From positions 352,001 through 416,000 of the forward strand of contig CAVZQN010000004.1 of the NCBI GenBank assembly GCA_963777505.1: a DNA stretch of 64,000 nucleotides. The letters run 5' to 3'. Position numbers and translations under genes: made by a program. Under the pieces are notes generated by a model that worked only from the letters and a program-made list of their open reading frames with translations, had not been told where the DNA came from and did not search any database. The first letter of the stretch is position 1. Each line of letters starts with the position of its first letter. Source of the DNA: an uncultured bacterium (GTDB lineage Bacteria > Acidobacteriota > HRBIN11 > JAKEFK01). Shown here one piece after another: positions 12,607 to 23,490 of this stretch.

Positions 12607-13824
12607 ATGGTCCGTCCTGTCGATGGCTCGTCTCAACCCCCAGTCAGTAATACTGAGACTACTCCCGTTACAAGCAGCAATGCTGATTCAGCGAAAGCTG
12701 AAAGTGCGACGCCTTCCAGTCCAACATCCGAAACACAATCTACGAAAGTTTCAGATCCTGGAAAACAAGTTGCAGAGCATTCAATCGGCGGACAAGCTCG
12801 CGCTGCGCAACTTCAATCACAACTACCTGTGACTGAACCAAAAGGCCATGCTGCCGATGGAGCAACAGCAACCGCCACTCCACAGCCAACCCAAACAAAA
12901 AGCATGCAGAGTGTCATGAAAGATTCAGGCATGACAAATGTATCGGATCCACCAACAGAAGCTGAACTAAAAACATACTATTCTCAAAAAGCACCGGCAC
13001 ATGAAAAAATCGCAGCTGGAAAATACGCAGATGCTGCAACCGAATATAGAAAGCTTGCAGCGGCCTCGAACGATGATGCCGAGAAAGCGCGACTGAATCA
13101 GACTGCAAAGCAATTAGAAACCACTGACAGAATGAGCACTTCTGGTGTGAAGAATTTGAGTTTTCCTCCTACCGAAGGAAATGTTGATGCATATTTCGCA
13201 TCCAAAAAAGGAAAGCCGATTGGAGAAATAAAATCAGCATTCGAAGATTATTCAAACTCCTTCTATGTTCATTCAGAAACGAAAGGAGTAGATAAAGGCG
13301 ATATCAAATACGATCCAGAAACTCATCAAATAGGGAATACGACTTACAAAACGAATACTGTAGAGGACTGGGCAGACATAAACAATAGCCGTGAAATGCA
13401 TACCGATGGCCGCCGAATTGTCGATTGTGAAGGCTATGCTTATTTGGGTCAAAAAGCATTCAAAGCTGCAGGATTTACCCAGGGCACTTATGCAGGAGCC
13501 TTGCGCAAAGATGATCCAAATACTCCAGCAGATGAATCATTACAACAACATATGATGTACGCCGCACGAAGAACTGTAACCGATGAGAATGGAAAACAAC
13601 GGACAGAAGTGATTGCTGTCTCCAATTCGAAGACATACACCGCCGATACAGACGCCTTCAAGAACGGTGAAGAAGCTGAAGCCGCCGCGCTGACTCGCGG
13701 ATATCGCGATGCGTACCGAAGTGGGAATGTCAGTCCTGGAGGTGCGATCGTCAGAGAATCTGAACCGTGGAAGGTGATGTGGGAACTGGATAAGCAAGTG
13801 GATCAGCTAAAATCCAAAAAGTAA
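12607..13824 (+). CDS. Hypothetical protein with disordered N-terminus and putative transglutaminase/papain-like catalytic domain
   Basis: GGAGG RBS at 12596; Ser/Thr/Pro-rich N-terminus; VDCEGYAYL motif plus downstream His (QHMMY). Confidence 0.7.
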   Translation: MVRPVDGSSQPPVSNTETTPVTSSNADSAKAESATPSSPTSETQSTKVSDPGKQVAEHSIGGQARAAQLQSQLPVTEPKGHAADGATATATPQPTQTKSMQSVMKDSGMTNVSDPPTEAELKTYYSQKAPAHEKIAAGKYADAATEYRKLAAASNDDAEKARLNQTAKQLETTDRMSTSGVKNLSFPPTEGNVDAYFASKKGKPIGEIKSAFEDYSNSFYVHSETKGVDKGDIKYDPETHQIGNTTYKTNTVEDWADINNSREMHTDGRRIVDCEGYAYLGQKAFKAAGFTQGTYAGALRKDDPNTPADESLQQHMMYAARRTVTDENGKQRTEVIAVSNSKTYTADTDAFKNGEEAEAAALTRGYRDAYRSGNVSPGGAIVRESEPWKVMWELDKQVDQLKSKK

Positions 13825-13860
13825 GCTTAGCTCACCATTCCATAAATCCAAAGAAGCCAT

Positions 13861-13886
13861 GGTAGTACTATTGATATAGTACTACC
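13861..13886. repeat. Perfect 11-bp inverted repeat between convergent genes
   Basis: GGTAGTACTAT-TGAT-ATAGTACTACC. Confidence 0.75.
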
Positions 13887-13907
13887 TAACGTGGAGATTC
13901 GTTGTTC

Positions 13908-15630
13908 TTATGGCGTGTACCAAATTGGCGATGTATATGCACGCTCGGTGATGGTCATCTTTGTTCCAGGAAGCGGTGTGGAGCCGTAATACTTCGCATC
14001 ATATGCCGTCCAGCGTGGTGTCGGTATTTCAATCACGCGCGCGTAGTAAAACGCCTTCAAGCGTTGGATCGAAGTCCGGATCTTTCCACACTGTGATCAA
14101 TTCGCTCGAACCGATTGTGTTGGTCCATGTCGCGTTCGGAACATCAACTGTATTTCCGACTGAAGTTTTGCAGCGGCCATCCGCTTCAATCTTGCGTCCG
14201 CCGGAAACTGCTACATCATAAATGCGCTCTTGCAACTTACCGTCTTTACCGAGCCAACCTTTGATGACCTGGATGCGATCAAGATTTCCACTAATTGGAT
14301 CCTTAAGCGCCGCAACTAGAAACGTCGGTGACTTTACCCTGAGGTGCTTCTGTTAAGTCGCCGCCCATCGGCACACCTTTGGTGTAACCAACTCTTGCTG
14401 GCAAGCGATTGTTTGCGTCGTTCGACTCGAAGTCCCAGCCGCCAAAGAAGCGAACGATCATTCGCGAGCCGGTGGTTGCATAAGTTTCCTTGCGTTGCAT
14501 CGCGTCCCAAATTGATTCGCGCGTATTTTCCTGAGCCCACACTGCGGCGTAACCGGATGAGGATACTTCCCAATCCATGATCTTCACGCCGGTCTTTTGG
14601 TTATCCATGAACTTGCCGGTCATTCGATGTGCACTTGGCTCTTGCGGTGTGGTCTTGCCAAAGAAATTATCTTCTTCGAATGATGCAAGGCCGGTGTGTG
14701 CATCACTGCTGCCGACGAGTCCGAATTTGTATGGATTTACTCCGAGCTTCGCTTCCAGCTTGAGTCCGTTTTTCAATGCTGAACGGGTGTATTCGAATTC
14801 AAGCATGTTCTTTCGTCTTCGCAACGCTAGCATCGAGATTGCCTTTGTCCCAAAGTTCGTAGTTTGCAAACTCGTCAGTCGGCGAAAGGTATGGATGTGC
14901 CTCGCCATCGCCTTTCAGTTTGCGTTGCTTCGTAGAGACGCTCCCACTTCATGCGCTGCTTCAGCATACGCGCGATCAATCGGTTTTCCGAATTCTTCGA
15001 CGATCGGGAACATTGTGCCGTTGCTCAGGTTACCATTGTGCGCGATAGCCAGCACGTTGCCGCCGGTTTTCTTTTCGTAAGCATCCATCCATTTCCAAAG
15101 ATCAAGTGGATTGGTGCTGCCTGCTGGCGGGTAACAGGTGAATGGTTCAACCTGGCTCGCTTTGTCACCATTGTCGCGGAAGATTACATTGCGATGCAGA
15201 TTGTTACCCTTATCAAGCGAGGTCCATTCGTAGCCGATAAATGCGGTGAAGCGGCCGGGGTCGTTGTAGTGTTCGGCGGCAGCGATGGTTTCCTGCCAGG
15301 CGCCGCGATAGAACTTCGTGCCTGGAAAATACATGAGCTCTTTAGGAAAGGTGCCTTGAGCAAAGTTACCAATGATATCGAGAGCGGCATCGGCGCCTTT
15401 GCCCGACTGCATCATGTCAAACCACTGGCGGCCCTTCGGATGAGCGAGTATCTCGGGCTTGCCGGTGAACAGATCGGGAAAAAATCCCATATTGTCGGAA
15501 TGGGAAAGACTTTCGCGGCCTCTTCTTTATCAAGCGTGCCGGTGTCTGTTGTGTTTTGTGCTGAGACGAACGTTGCGAACGAGAGACTGGCAACGCATAA
15601 CAAAAGAATTGTCCTGAATGTTTTTTTCAT
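13908..15630 (-). pseudogene. DUF3604 (PHP-like metallohydrolase) protein copy 1; frameshifted and missing an internal N-terminal segment
   Basis: [45 protein letters not shown]-stop; the signal region joins directly to HSDNMG, so GDTHLHT is absent. Confidence 0.8.
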
Positions 15631-15663
15631 AAAGTGCTTCCTTGTTTAAGGGCGTTTGACTTT

Positions 15664-17594
15664 TTAGGGTGTATACCAGATTGGCGAAGTGTAAGCGCGT
15701 TCCTCTGTTGTCATTGGAATTTTCGGATCTACATTCTTGATGCCAAATCTCTTAACATCGTATGCGGTCCAACGCGGCGTTGGAATTTCGATGACACGAG
15801 CGTAATAAAAGGCGCGAAGCTTCGGATCAAAATCGGGATCTTTCCAAACAGCGATCAACTCTGAATCTCCGATCGTGTTGGTCCACGTTGCATTCGGAAT
15901 ATCGACAGTATTTCCAACCGCTGTTTTACATCTTCCATCTGCATCAATTTTGCGGCCATCAGAAACGGCAACATCATACACACGCTCCTGAAGCTCACCC
16001 TTCGAATCCAACCAGCCTTTGATGATTTGAATCCGATCGAGATTCCCGCTTAACGGATCTTTCAAAGCCGCTACCATAAAAGTTGCAGATTTCCCTGCAG
16101 GCGCTTTACGGAGATCGCCGCCCATAGGAACACCTTTTGAATAACCTGCTTCTGCAGGACTGCGAGTTTCTGCATCTTTCGCATCAAAATCCCAGCCGCC
16201 AAAAAATCGGACGAGCATCCGCGAGCCGGTGGTTGCATAAACTTCCTTACGCTGCATTGCATCGAACAAAGCTTCGCGCGTATTTTCTTTCGCCCACACA
16301 CCAGCGTATCCGGATGCAGCCTGGGTCCAGCCAAGATATACAATTCTCACCAAAACAACCAACATTATGAGACATACGTTCAGCGTTTGGTTCGGTGCCA
16401 GCATGCTTACCGAAGAAATTATCTTCTTCTGCAGTAGCCAGCCCTGTGTGTGAATCCGTTGAGCCTATCATCCCGAATTTGTATGGATTCGTGCCCAGCT
16501 CATTCTCCAATTTCAATCCGATCTTCAACCCGGAACGGGCATATTCGTACTGGAGCATTTCCGGTTTTTTTGGAACGCTCATATTGAGATTGAACTTATC
16601 CCATGTTTCATAATCTGCGAACTCATCGTTCGGAGAAAGAAATGGATGTGCTTCTCCGTCTCCTTTGATTTGAGTCACTTCGTAAAGCGGTTCCCATTTA
16701 GCACGCGTTTGTGCATAGTCACGATCCACAGGTTTGCCCGTGAAGGATTCGATCACAGGGAACATGATTCCATTGCTGAGATTCCCATTGTGAGCGATCG
16801 CTAGCACTTGACCGCCGGTCTTTTTTTCATAAGTATCTAAATATTTCCAGAGGTCACGCGGATTGTCGCTGCCAAGCGGCTTCAACGTTGTGTAAGGCTC
16901 CATTTGAATTGCTTTGCTACCGTCATCTCTGTAAATCACAACGCGGTGAAGATTATTGCCACCCGTGTTCGACGTCCATTCATAACCGATAAAGGCAGTG
17001 AAGCGACCGGGATCATTGTAATCTTCGGCTGCTTTGATTGTAGTTTCCCATGCAGATCGATAAGCAGTCGCTTCCGGGAAATGATGCGAGCGCGGGAGGA
17101 AATGTGTTTTTTGAAAAACGATCGATGACCTCTGTTGCGACTTTGACACTTTCCGATCACCGCCAGCCTGAATCATGTCGTACCAGCGGCGTCCTGTTTC
17201 ATCCGCAAGAAACTCAGGATCACCGGAAAAGAGCTTCGGGAAAAAACCCATGTTATCGGAATGATCCGCAACAACAAGAAAGTCGAGCGGTCGCGACAGT
17301 TTTACTTGAAGTCCACCGGATGAGGTTAACTCTTCACCTCTTGCAAACCTGTATGCATCTGCAGGAACCAACCGCGCGCCAAATGCACCAGCATCCATCG
17401 ACGTACGACGTATGCAAATGAGTATCACCCCAGAAAACACGAGTTGGATAATTGCGTCCTGCATAGGGAGAAAATTTCTTTACAGCAGGAAATGCATGCT
17501 TGAGATTTTCTGCCGGTGGTGGAGCTTCTTGCGCAAAGACGGAAAAGGACAACATGAGCAAAATTGCGAATAATTTTATATTTTTCGAATTCAT
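15664..17594 (-). CDS. DUF3604 domain secreted metallohydrolase copy 2 (frameshifts probably artefactual)
   Basis: Signal peptide, [48 protein letters not shown]. Confidence 0.9.
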
Positions 17595-17653
17595 AGGTCT
17601 CCTTGAGGCGTCAGAAAGTTAACTTCAAACAGGAATGAGTATTTTCCATTTAA

Positions 17654-17684
17654 ACAAAAAAAGAAGCAACATGCGCTGTTGCTT
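17654..17684 (-). terminator. Intrinsic terminator after the sigma-54 activator
   Basis: AAGCAACA-N5-TGTTGCTT hairpin (17664-17684) followed by a T-run on the minus strand. Confidence 0.65.
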
Positions 17685-17726
17685 AGCTTGTTTTCCGTTG
17701 GAATCGGTGAGGTTTTTGGGAACAAT

Positions 17727-19370
17727 CTAAGGACGTTTGATGCCGAGTTTGGCCATACGAGTTTCGAGGGTGGTTGGTTTCATGCCTAAAGTGTCTGCCG
17801 CTCCCTGTTTGCCGCGGATTTTCCATGATGCATTTTCCAGTACTCTTCGGATGTGTTGAATTTCCATCTCTTTCAAAGTGAAAGCTGTAGACGTTCCATT
17901 AGAAGAAGTCACTTTTGGAATTTCGATTTCGAGTTTTGATGAATTCGAAATAATCATCGCTCTCTCGATCGCATTTCTCAATTCGCGGACGTTCCCAGGC
18001 CAGGAGTACTCTATAAGAGCTTCCATGCACTTTTGTGAAATGCTCTCCACTTTTTTCCCAAGTTCATTGCAGAGTTCCTCCACAAATGTCCAGACTAGCA
18101 TTGGAATATCCTCACGGCGTTCACGCAGTGAAGGTACGTGTATTGGAAATACATTCAACCGGTAATACAAATCTTTTCGGAATGTTCCATCTTGAACAGC
18201 TTTTTCAAGGGATTGGTTTGTAGCCGCGATTACACGAACATCGATATGTATAGGTTTCGGATTCCCTAATCTTTCGATTTCCCTTTCTTGTAAAACACGA
18301 AGCAACTTGACCTGGGCTTCCATTGGAAGAGAGGTAATTTCATCCAAGAAAATTGTAGATGTGTCTGCTAGTTCAAAGCGTCCAATTTGACGCGAAAGCG
18401 CTCCTGTATAGGCTCCTTTTTCACGTCCAAACATTTCACTTTCAACTAAGGCAGCCGGAATTGCGCCGCAATTTACCCGAACCATCGGCTTGAGTCCGCG
18501 TGGGCTCATTCTATGAATCATTGAGGCAAAAACTTCTTTTCCTGTTCCGGTTTCTCCATGAAACAGAACGGTCGCATTCGTTGCCGCTACTTGCTCAGCT
18601 TTGGAGAAAGCTTCTCTAATTGCAGGACTCTGACAAATAATCTTTCGAGCCGGACTTGAGGCTTTCAATTCACTTCCGCTATGCGCATCATCATCCGTCT
18701 TCTGCTTTTTTAGCTTTTCAAGTTCCAGTAGGCATTGATCAAGTTTTTGCGCTTTCCTTCTCAGCAGGATTGAGCTGGAAAATACATGAGCTGCTACATT
18801 CATCAGAGGCATTATCTTTTCGGCAGAGACAATCTCCTTTGCTGCGGTAAGAGCAAAAATGCCGTAGATTCTGTCATCATCAAATAATGGAAATGCCAGA
18901 AGGAAATGATCCGGACCAAACTTGCGAAGAGTCTCTTTATCTATGATTGCTGCTTCCGGTAAATCATCGATTCGCGAATGCCTGAACTCATGTCCGCTTA
19001 AAAGCTGTTCAAACATCCATGGAAACGAATCTGTGGCAAAGAAAGGTTTCTCGTCAAGATGACCGTGTCCTGACGCAACAATAATGTGCGTACAAGCAAA
19101 CCTTTTGCTGCCTCCTTCTTCTTGTTGAAGCAAGACTGCTCGGTCAAGATGCAGAAAATCAAGGACACTCTTGATATTTGCTTCGATGGCGCTATCTAAA
19201 TCTTCCCAACCACAACGAGCCATCCTGGAAGAGATGTCCGAAATAAGTAGTTCGAAATCGGTGGCGGCAAAAGCTTCATTTTTGCGAATAAAATCAATTT
19301 TTTTCTGTTCACGACCTGCCGTAGAATAGTAATCAACAAACTTGAGACTCGCTTCGGAGTATTTCTGCAT
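17727..19370 (-). CDS. GAF-domain sigma-54-dependent transcriptional activator (FhlA/NifA-like)
   Basis: GETGTGKE Walker A, ESEMFGREKGAYTGA, IFLDEI, DLYYRLNVFPI, WPGNVRELRN, Fis-type HTH. Confidence 0.95.
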   Translation of the reverse strand: MQKYSEASLKFVDYYSTAGREQKKIDFIRKNEAFAATDFELLISDISSRMARCGWEDLDSAIEANIKSVLDFLHLDRAVLLQQEEGGSKRFACTHIIVASGHGHLDEKPFFATDSFPWMFEQLLSGHEFRHSRIDDLPEAAIIDKETLRKFGPDHFLLAFPLFDDDRIYGIFALTAAKEIVSAEKIMPLMNVAAHVFSSSILLRRKAQKLDQCLLELEKLKKQKTDDDAHSGSELKASSPARKIICQSPAIREAFSKAEQVAATNATVLFHGETGTGKEVFASMIHRMSPRGLKPMVRVNCGAIPAALVESEMFGREKGAYTGALSRQIGRFELADTSTIFLDEITSLPMEAQVKLLRVLQEREIERLGNPKPIHIDVRVIAATNQSLEKAVQDGTFRKDLYYRLNVFPIHVPSLRERREDIPMLVWTFVEELCNELGKKVESISQKCMEALIEYSWPGNVRELRNAIERAMIISNSSKLEIEIPKVTSSNGTSTAFTLKEMEIQHIRRVLENASWKIRGKQGAADTLGMKPTTLETRMAKLGIKRP

Positions 19371-19594
19371 TCATCCCTCCAAAAAATGGACAAAGGCGGG
19401 ATCTTTCCAAAACCATTGTGAGATGTGGTGCTCCCGTACCTACGATCGCTCCAAAGAAGGGTAACGGATGTGAACTTGATTGAATATTGGACCTTAGTCC
19501 AATCTGAGGGGAATGAGGTTTGATCAGAGCGAAATTGATAATAGGATTACAGGATATGCGGCGGGCTATAAAAACCCGCCGGGTTTGAATTGAA

Positions 19595-21827
19595 TTGATG
19601 GAAAAAGAGAATAGATCCGTTGATCGAAGTACTCAAAAACAGGAGAACAAAGGTTTTCTTGGCGGTCTCACAACATCTCAACAGATTTTGATCGGTCTCG
19701 TTGCAGGAGTTGTGGCGGGAATTTTTTTTGGCGAAAAAATATCCTTTTTGAACTGGCCTGCCAAAGTCTTCATCAGCCTTTTACAGGTCACAGTGCTGCC
19801 CTACATTGTAGGCTCGCTGATTGTGGGTATTGGCGAGAATACGGGAGAAAACGCGCGCAGACTCGCGATCTGGGGTGGCCTGGCCTTGTTGATCATTTGG
19901 ATTTTCACTCTTTTCATCGTGTTTTTAGTTCCATTTGCGCTGCCTCCTGACAAAGGTGGAGTTTTTTTCAGCGCTATTCCTAGTGACCAAACAAGCATTG
20001 ACTGGCTGGATCTTTATATTCCCACGAATCCTTTCCGTTCACTTGCGAACAATACTGTCCCGGCGGTCGTGATCTTTTCGATTCTTATCGGTATTTCATT
20101 AATTGATCTGCCTCGTAAAGAGAGGATCATTGAGCCACTAAAAGGGTTGAATGATGTATTAGCACGGGCCGCAAGTTTTCTTATCAAGCTGACTCCGTTT
20201 GGAATTTTTGCAGTAGCGGGACATGCCGCGGGTACGATGAGAGTGGATGAATTCCAACGGATCGAAGCTTTTTTCTTAAATTACATCGGACTCTGCCTGA
20301 TTCTGACGTTCTGGTTGCTGCCTGGTTTGGTTTCAGTGATTACGTCAATTCCCCACCGGCGAATTATTTCACTATACATGGATGCGGTTATAACTGCTTT
20401 TGTAACTTCAAGTGTGTTCGTGGTATTACCTCTGATTTCCGAAAGGACGAAACAATTATTAAAAGAAATTAACTTATCTCGCGATAGTGAACAGGATTCT
20501 GCGGATATTTTGATCCCAGCCTCCTTCAACTTTCCTGCTAGTCCAAAAATTCTGAGCCTCACTTTTATTTTGTTCGCTGGTTGGTTTGCAGGTACACCCA
20601 TTGCCATACATATGTATCCATTGGTTGCAAGTGTTGGTTTACTCAGCTTCTTTGGCAATCTCAATTCTGCCGTTCAATTTTTACTAAATCTATTGAGAAT
20701 GCCTGCAGATCTTTTTCAAATGTTCGTTGTTTCTGGAGTTGTGAATAGCCATGTTGGTAGTGGAGCTGGTGTGATGCATACGATGGCCGTTGCGGTTATT
20801 GGATCGTATCTAATGTCGCGCCGATTTCCAATGAATATTGGGAAATTACTCCGCTTTACTGGACTTACGATTCTGCTGGTAGCAGGATTCCTTTTTGCCA
20901 GTAGAGTGTTCCTTCAAGAGACTCTTCCCGATCCGAAAGAAAGTGCAGCAATTCTGGATAAGTTGAAGCTCTCCGGCGCGTGGGGGTCGTTGGCTGAAGT
21001 GAAAATTTATGATGAACCACAGGCGTCTCCATCTAAAGCACCAGTCAGAGAAGAACGATTGAATGAAATCGTTCGGCGTTCCGTTATTAGAGTCTGCTAT
21101 ATAGATGATGCATTGCCCTGGTGTTTCCGGAATTCACGTGGAGAATTGGTGGGATTTGATATTGGGATGGCCCATACTCTGGCTGTTCAACTTCAAGTTC
21201 GATTGGAACTCGTACCGGTAACAAGGGAGACAATGGACGAATCGCTGAATGCCGGTGTCTGTGACATCGTTATGTCGGGAATCAGGGCTACGCCTCAGCG
21301 CGCAAAGTTCATGAAGTTTTCCAAACCTTATGCCCAGGAGACCGCTGCATTTCTTGTTCGTGATCACCTCAGAGAAGAATTTTCACAACTATCGAAAATT
21401 CAAGAAATGAAATCACCGAGAATTGCCGTTCATAATATTCCCTCATGGATTGACCGTCTTCACAATACTTTTCCAAAAGCAAAAATTATCCCGGTTGAAT
21501 CGATAGAGCTTTTCGTGAATGACAGAAACAACCGTTTTGATGCGATGTTTACTGGATGGGAACGCGCGACGCCCTGGAGCCTTCTGCATCCGGAGCTTGC
21601 TCCTGCGATCCCTGAACCTGGGATGGGCGGATTTCCGTTGGCATATGCGGTTCCAAAATATGAAGAAGACCTGCTTTCATTAGTGAATACCTGGATTGAT
21701 GGTCGGATTTCCAGCGGCCTCATTCAGACAAAAAATGGATTATTGGGTCTATGGCCGTGATGCCAGCAGCCTGCGCGAGGCCCGATGGTGCATCGGTGCG
21801 AATGTTCTTGGATGGTGGAAGCCGTAA
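19595..21827 (+). CDS. Cation:dicarboxylate (DAACS/SDF) symporter-like protein fused to a C-terminal periplasmic amino-acid-binding domain
   Basis: LYIPTNPFRSLANN, LTPFGIFAV in the membrane domain; GELVGFDI..FSKPY in the SBP_bac_3 domain; frameshift near 21735, probable true stop at 21827. Confidence 0.85.
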
Positions 21828-21835
21828 GTCAGAAA

Positions 21836-23434
21836 CTAGTGATTGTCAGGGCGGAAGATGCCGAGTTTTGCCATCCGCGTTTCCAATGTAGTTGGTTTCA
21901 TTCCTAGAATTTCGGCCGCTCCTAGCTTGCCGCGGATTTTCCATGAAACACTTTCCAACACTTTGAGGATGTGTTGAATCTCCATTTCCTTCAGAGTTAC
22001 AACGACTGGAGATCCGATTGAAGTATTTACCTTGGGAATCTCAATATCAAGCTTTGGTAATTTTGAGATAATCATTGCCCTTTCAATTGTGTTTCTCAAT
22101 TCACGAACGTTACCTGGCCAGGAGTATTCCATAAGCCCTTCCATACTTTTGCTTGAAATGCTCTCCACTTTTTTCCCAAGTTCATTTGAGAGTTCATCGA
22201 CGAACGCCCAGGCAAGCAGTGGAATATCTTCTCGACGTTCCCTCAGGGGAGGTACATCAATGGGAAAAACATTTAAACGGTAATATAAATCCTGCCGGAA
22301 TTTTCCTTCCTGAACAGCTTTTTCCAAATCTTGATTGCTTGCGGCAATAACACGTACATCAACGTGTATGGGTTTGGGATTGCCTAATCGCTCAATTTCT
22401 TTCTCTTGTAATACTCGTAACAACTTTACCTGAGATTCGAGCGGAAGTTCTGTTATCTCATCCAAAAAGATAGTTGAAGAATGTGCAAGCTCGAAACGGC
22501 CGATCTGACTGGATAACGCTCCAGTATAAGCACCTTTTTCACGGCCGAATAATTCGCTTTCGACCAGTGCAGCAGGAATTGCGCCGCAATTTAATCGAAC
22601 CATAGTCCGCTTGGAACGTGCACTCAATTCATGAATCGCGGAAGCGATCATCTCCTTTCCGGTTCCGGTTTCTCCGGACAACAGAACGGTGGCATTCGTG
22701 GCAGCTACCTGCTTAACTTTTGCAAGCACTTCGGTCAAAGCCTTGCTTTGATAAACAATTTTTGCGGGAGATGAGCGAACATTTATCTCCTGGCGTAGAT
22801 ATACATTCTCACGCTCCAATTGAGTCTTCACTGTTTTAAGCTCTTGAAGCGTCTGCTGAAGTTTTTGTTCCGTTTTGTTCCGAAGCAGCGCACCCGAGAA
22901 TACTTGTGCTGCTACACGAAGACGAGGTGCGAGTTCCTCTGGCCAAATCAACTCCGCTGCAATCCCAAGGGCGAGAATCCCATAAACTCTACCGCCATCA
23001 AATAAAGGGATAGCCATCGCGGAATACTTTGGACCGAATCGTCGCAGAGTCTCTTTATCGATGGATGCTTCCTCCGGCAGATCATCGATCCGTGAGTATC
23101 TCGTTTCGCGGCCGCTTAAATGTTGTTCTAGCATCCATGGAAACGAATCTGTGGTGAGAAAAGGCTTTTCTTGAGGGCCGCATCCGGGCCGAACTCTGAG
23201 ATGCGTAAGGACAAACTTTCTGCTACCTGGCTCTGCTTCTTGAAATAATGCTGCCCGGTCAATGCAGAGATAGTCGAGAATCTTCTGCAGGCTGGTTTCG
23301 ATTACAACATCTAATTCTGTTGAATCGCAATGAACGAGCCTGGCGGAAATATCAGAAAGAAGAAATTCAAAATCGAGTCGCGACTTTTCATTGAGAGAAA
23401 TAGCGCGCTCATCTTCTTTAGACACAACAGACAT
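21836..23434 (-). CDS. Second GAF-domain sigma-54-dependent activator (paralogue of 17727-19370)
   Basis: Same AAA+ motifs including GAYTGA and a nearly identical HTH (LGMKPTTLETRMAKLGI). Confidence 0.95.
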   Translation of the reverse strand: MSVVSKEDERAISLNEKSRLDFEFLLSDISARLVHCDSTELDVVIETSLQKILDYLCIDRAALFQEAEPGSRKFVLTHLRVRPGCGPQEKPFLTTDSFPWMLEQHLSGRETRYSRIDDLPEEASIDKETLRRFGPKYSAMAIPLFDGGRVYGILALGIAAELIWPEELAPRLRVAAQVFSGALLRNKTEQKLQQTLQELKTVKTQLERENVYLRQEINVRSSPAKIVYQSKALTEVLAKVKQVAATNATVLLSGETGTGKEMIASAIHELSARSKRTMVRLNCGAIPAALVESELFGREKGAYTGALSSQIGRFELAHSSTIFLDEITELPLESQVKLLRVLQEKEIERLGNPKPIHVDVRVIAASNQDLEKAVQEGKFRQDLYYRLNVFPIDVPPLRERREDIPLLAWAFVDELSNELGKKVESISSKSMEGLMEYSWPGNVRELRNTIERAMIISKLPKLDIEIPKVNTSIGSPVVVTLKEMEIQHILKVLESVSWKIRGKLGAAEILGMKPTTLETRMAKLGIFRPDNH

Positions 23435-23490
23435 GACAAGTGACCCTTAGCTAGAATAATTAAGTGCTGAAAGAGATGCAACTGTTTGTC

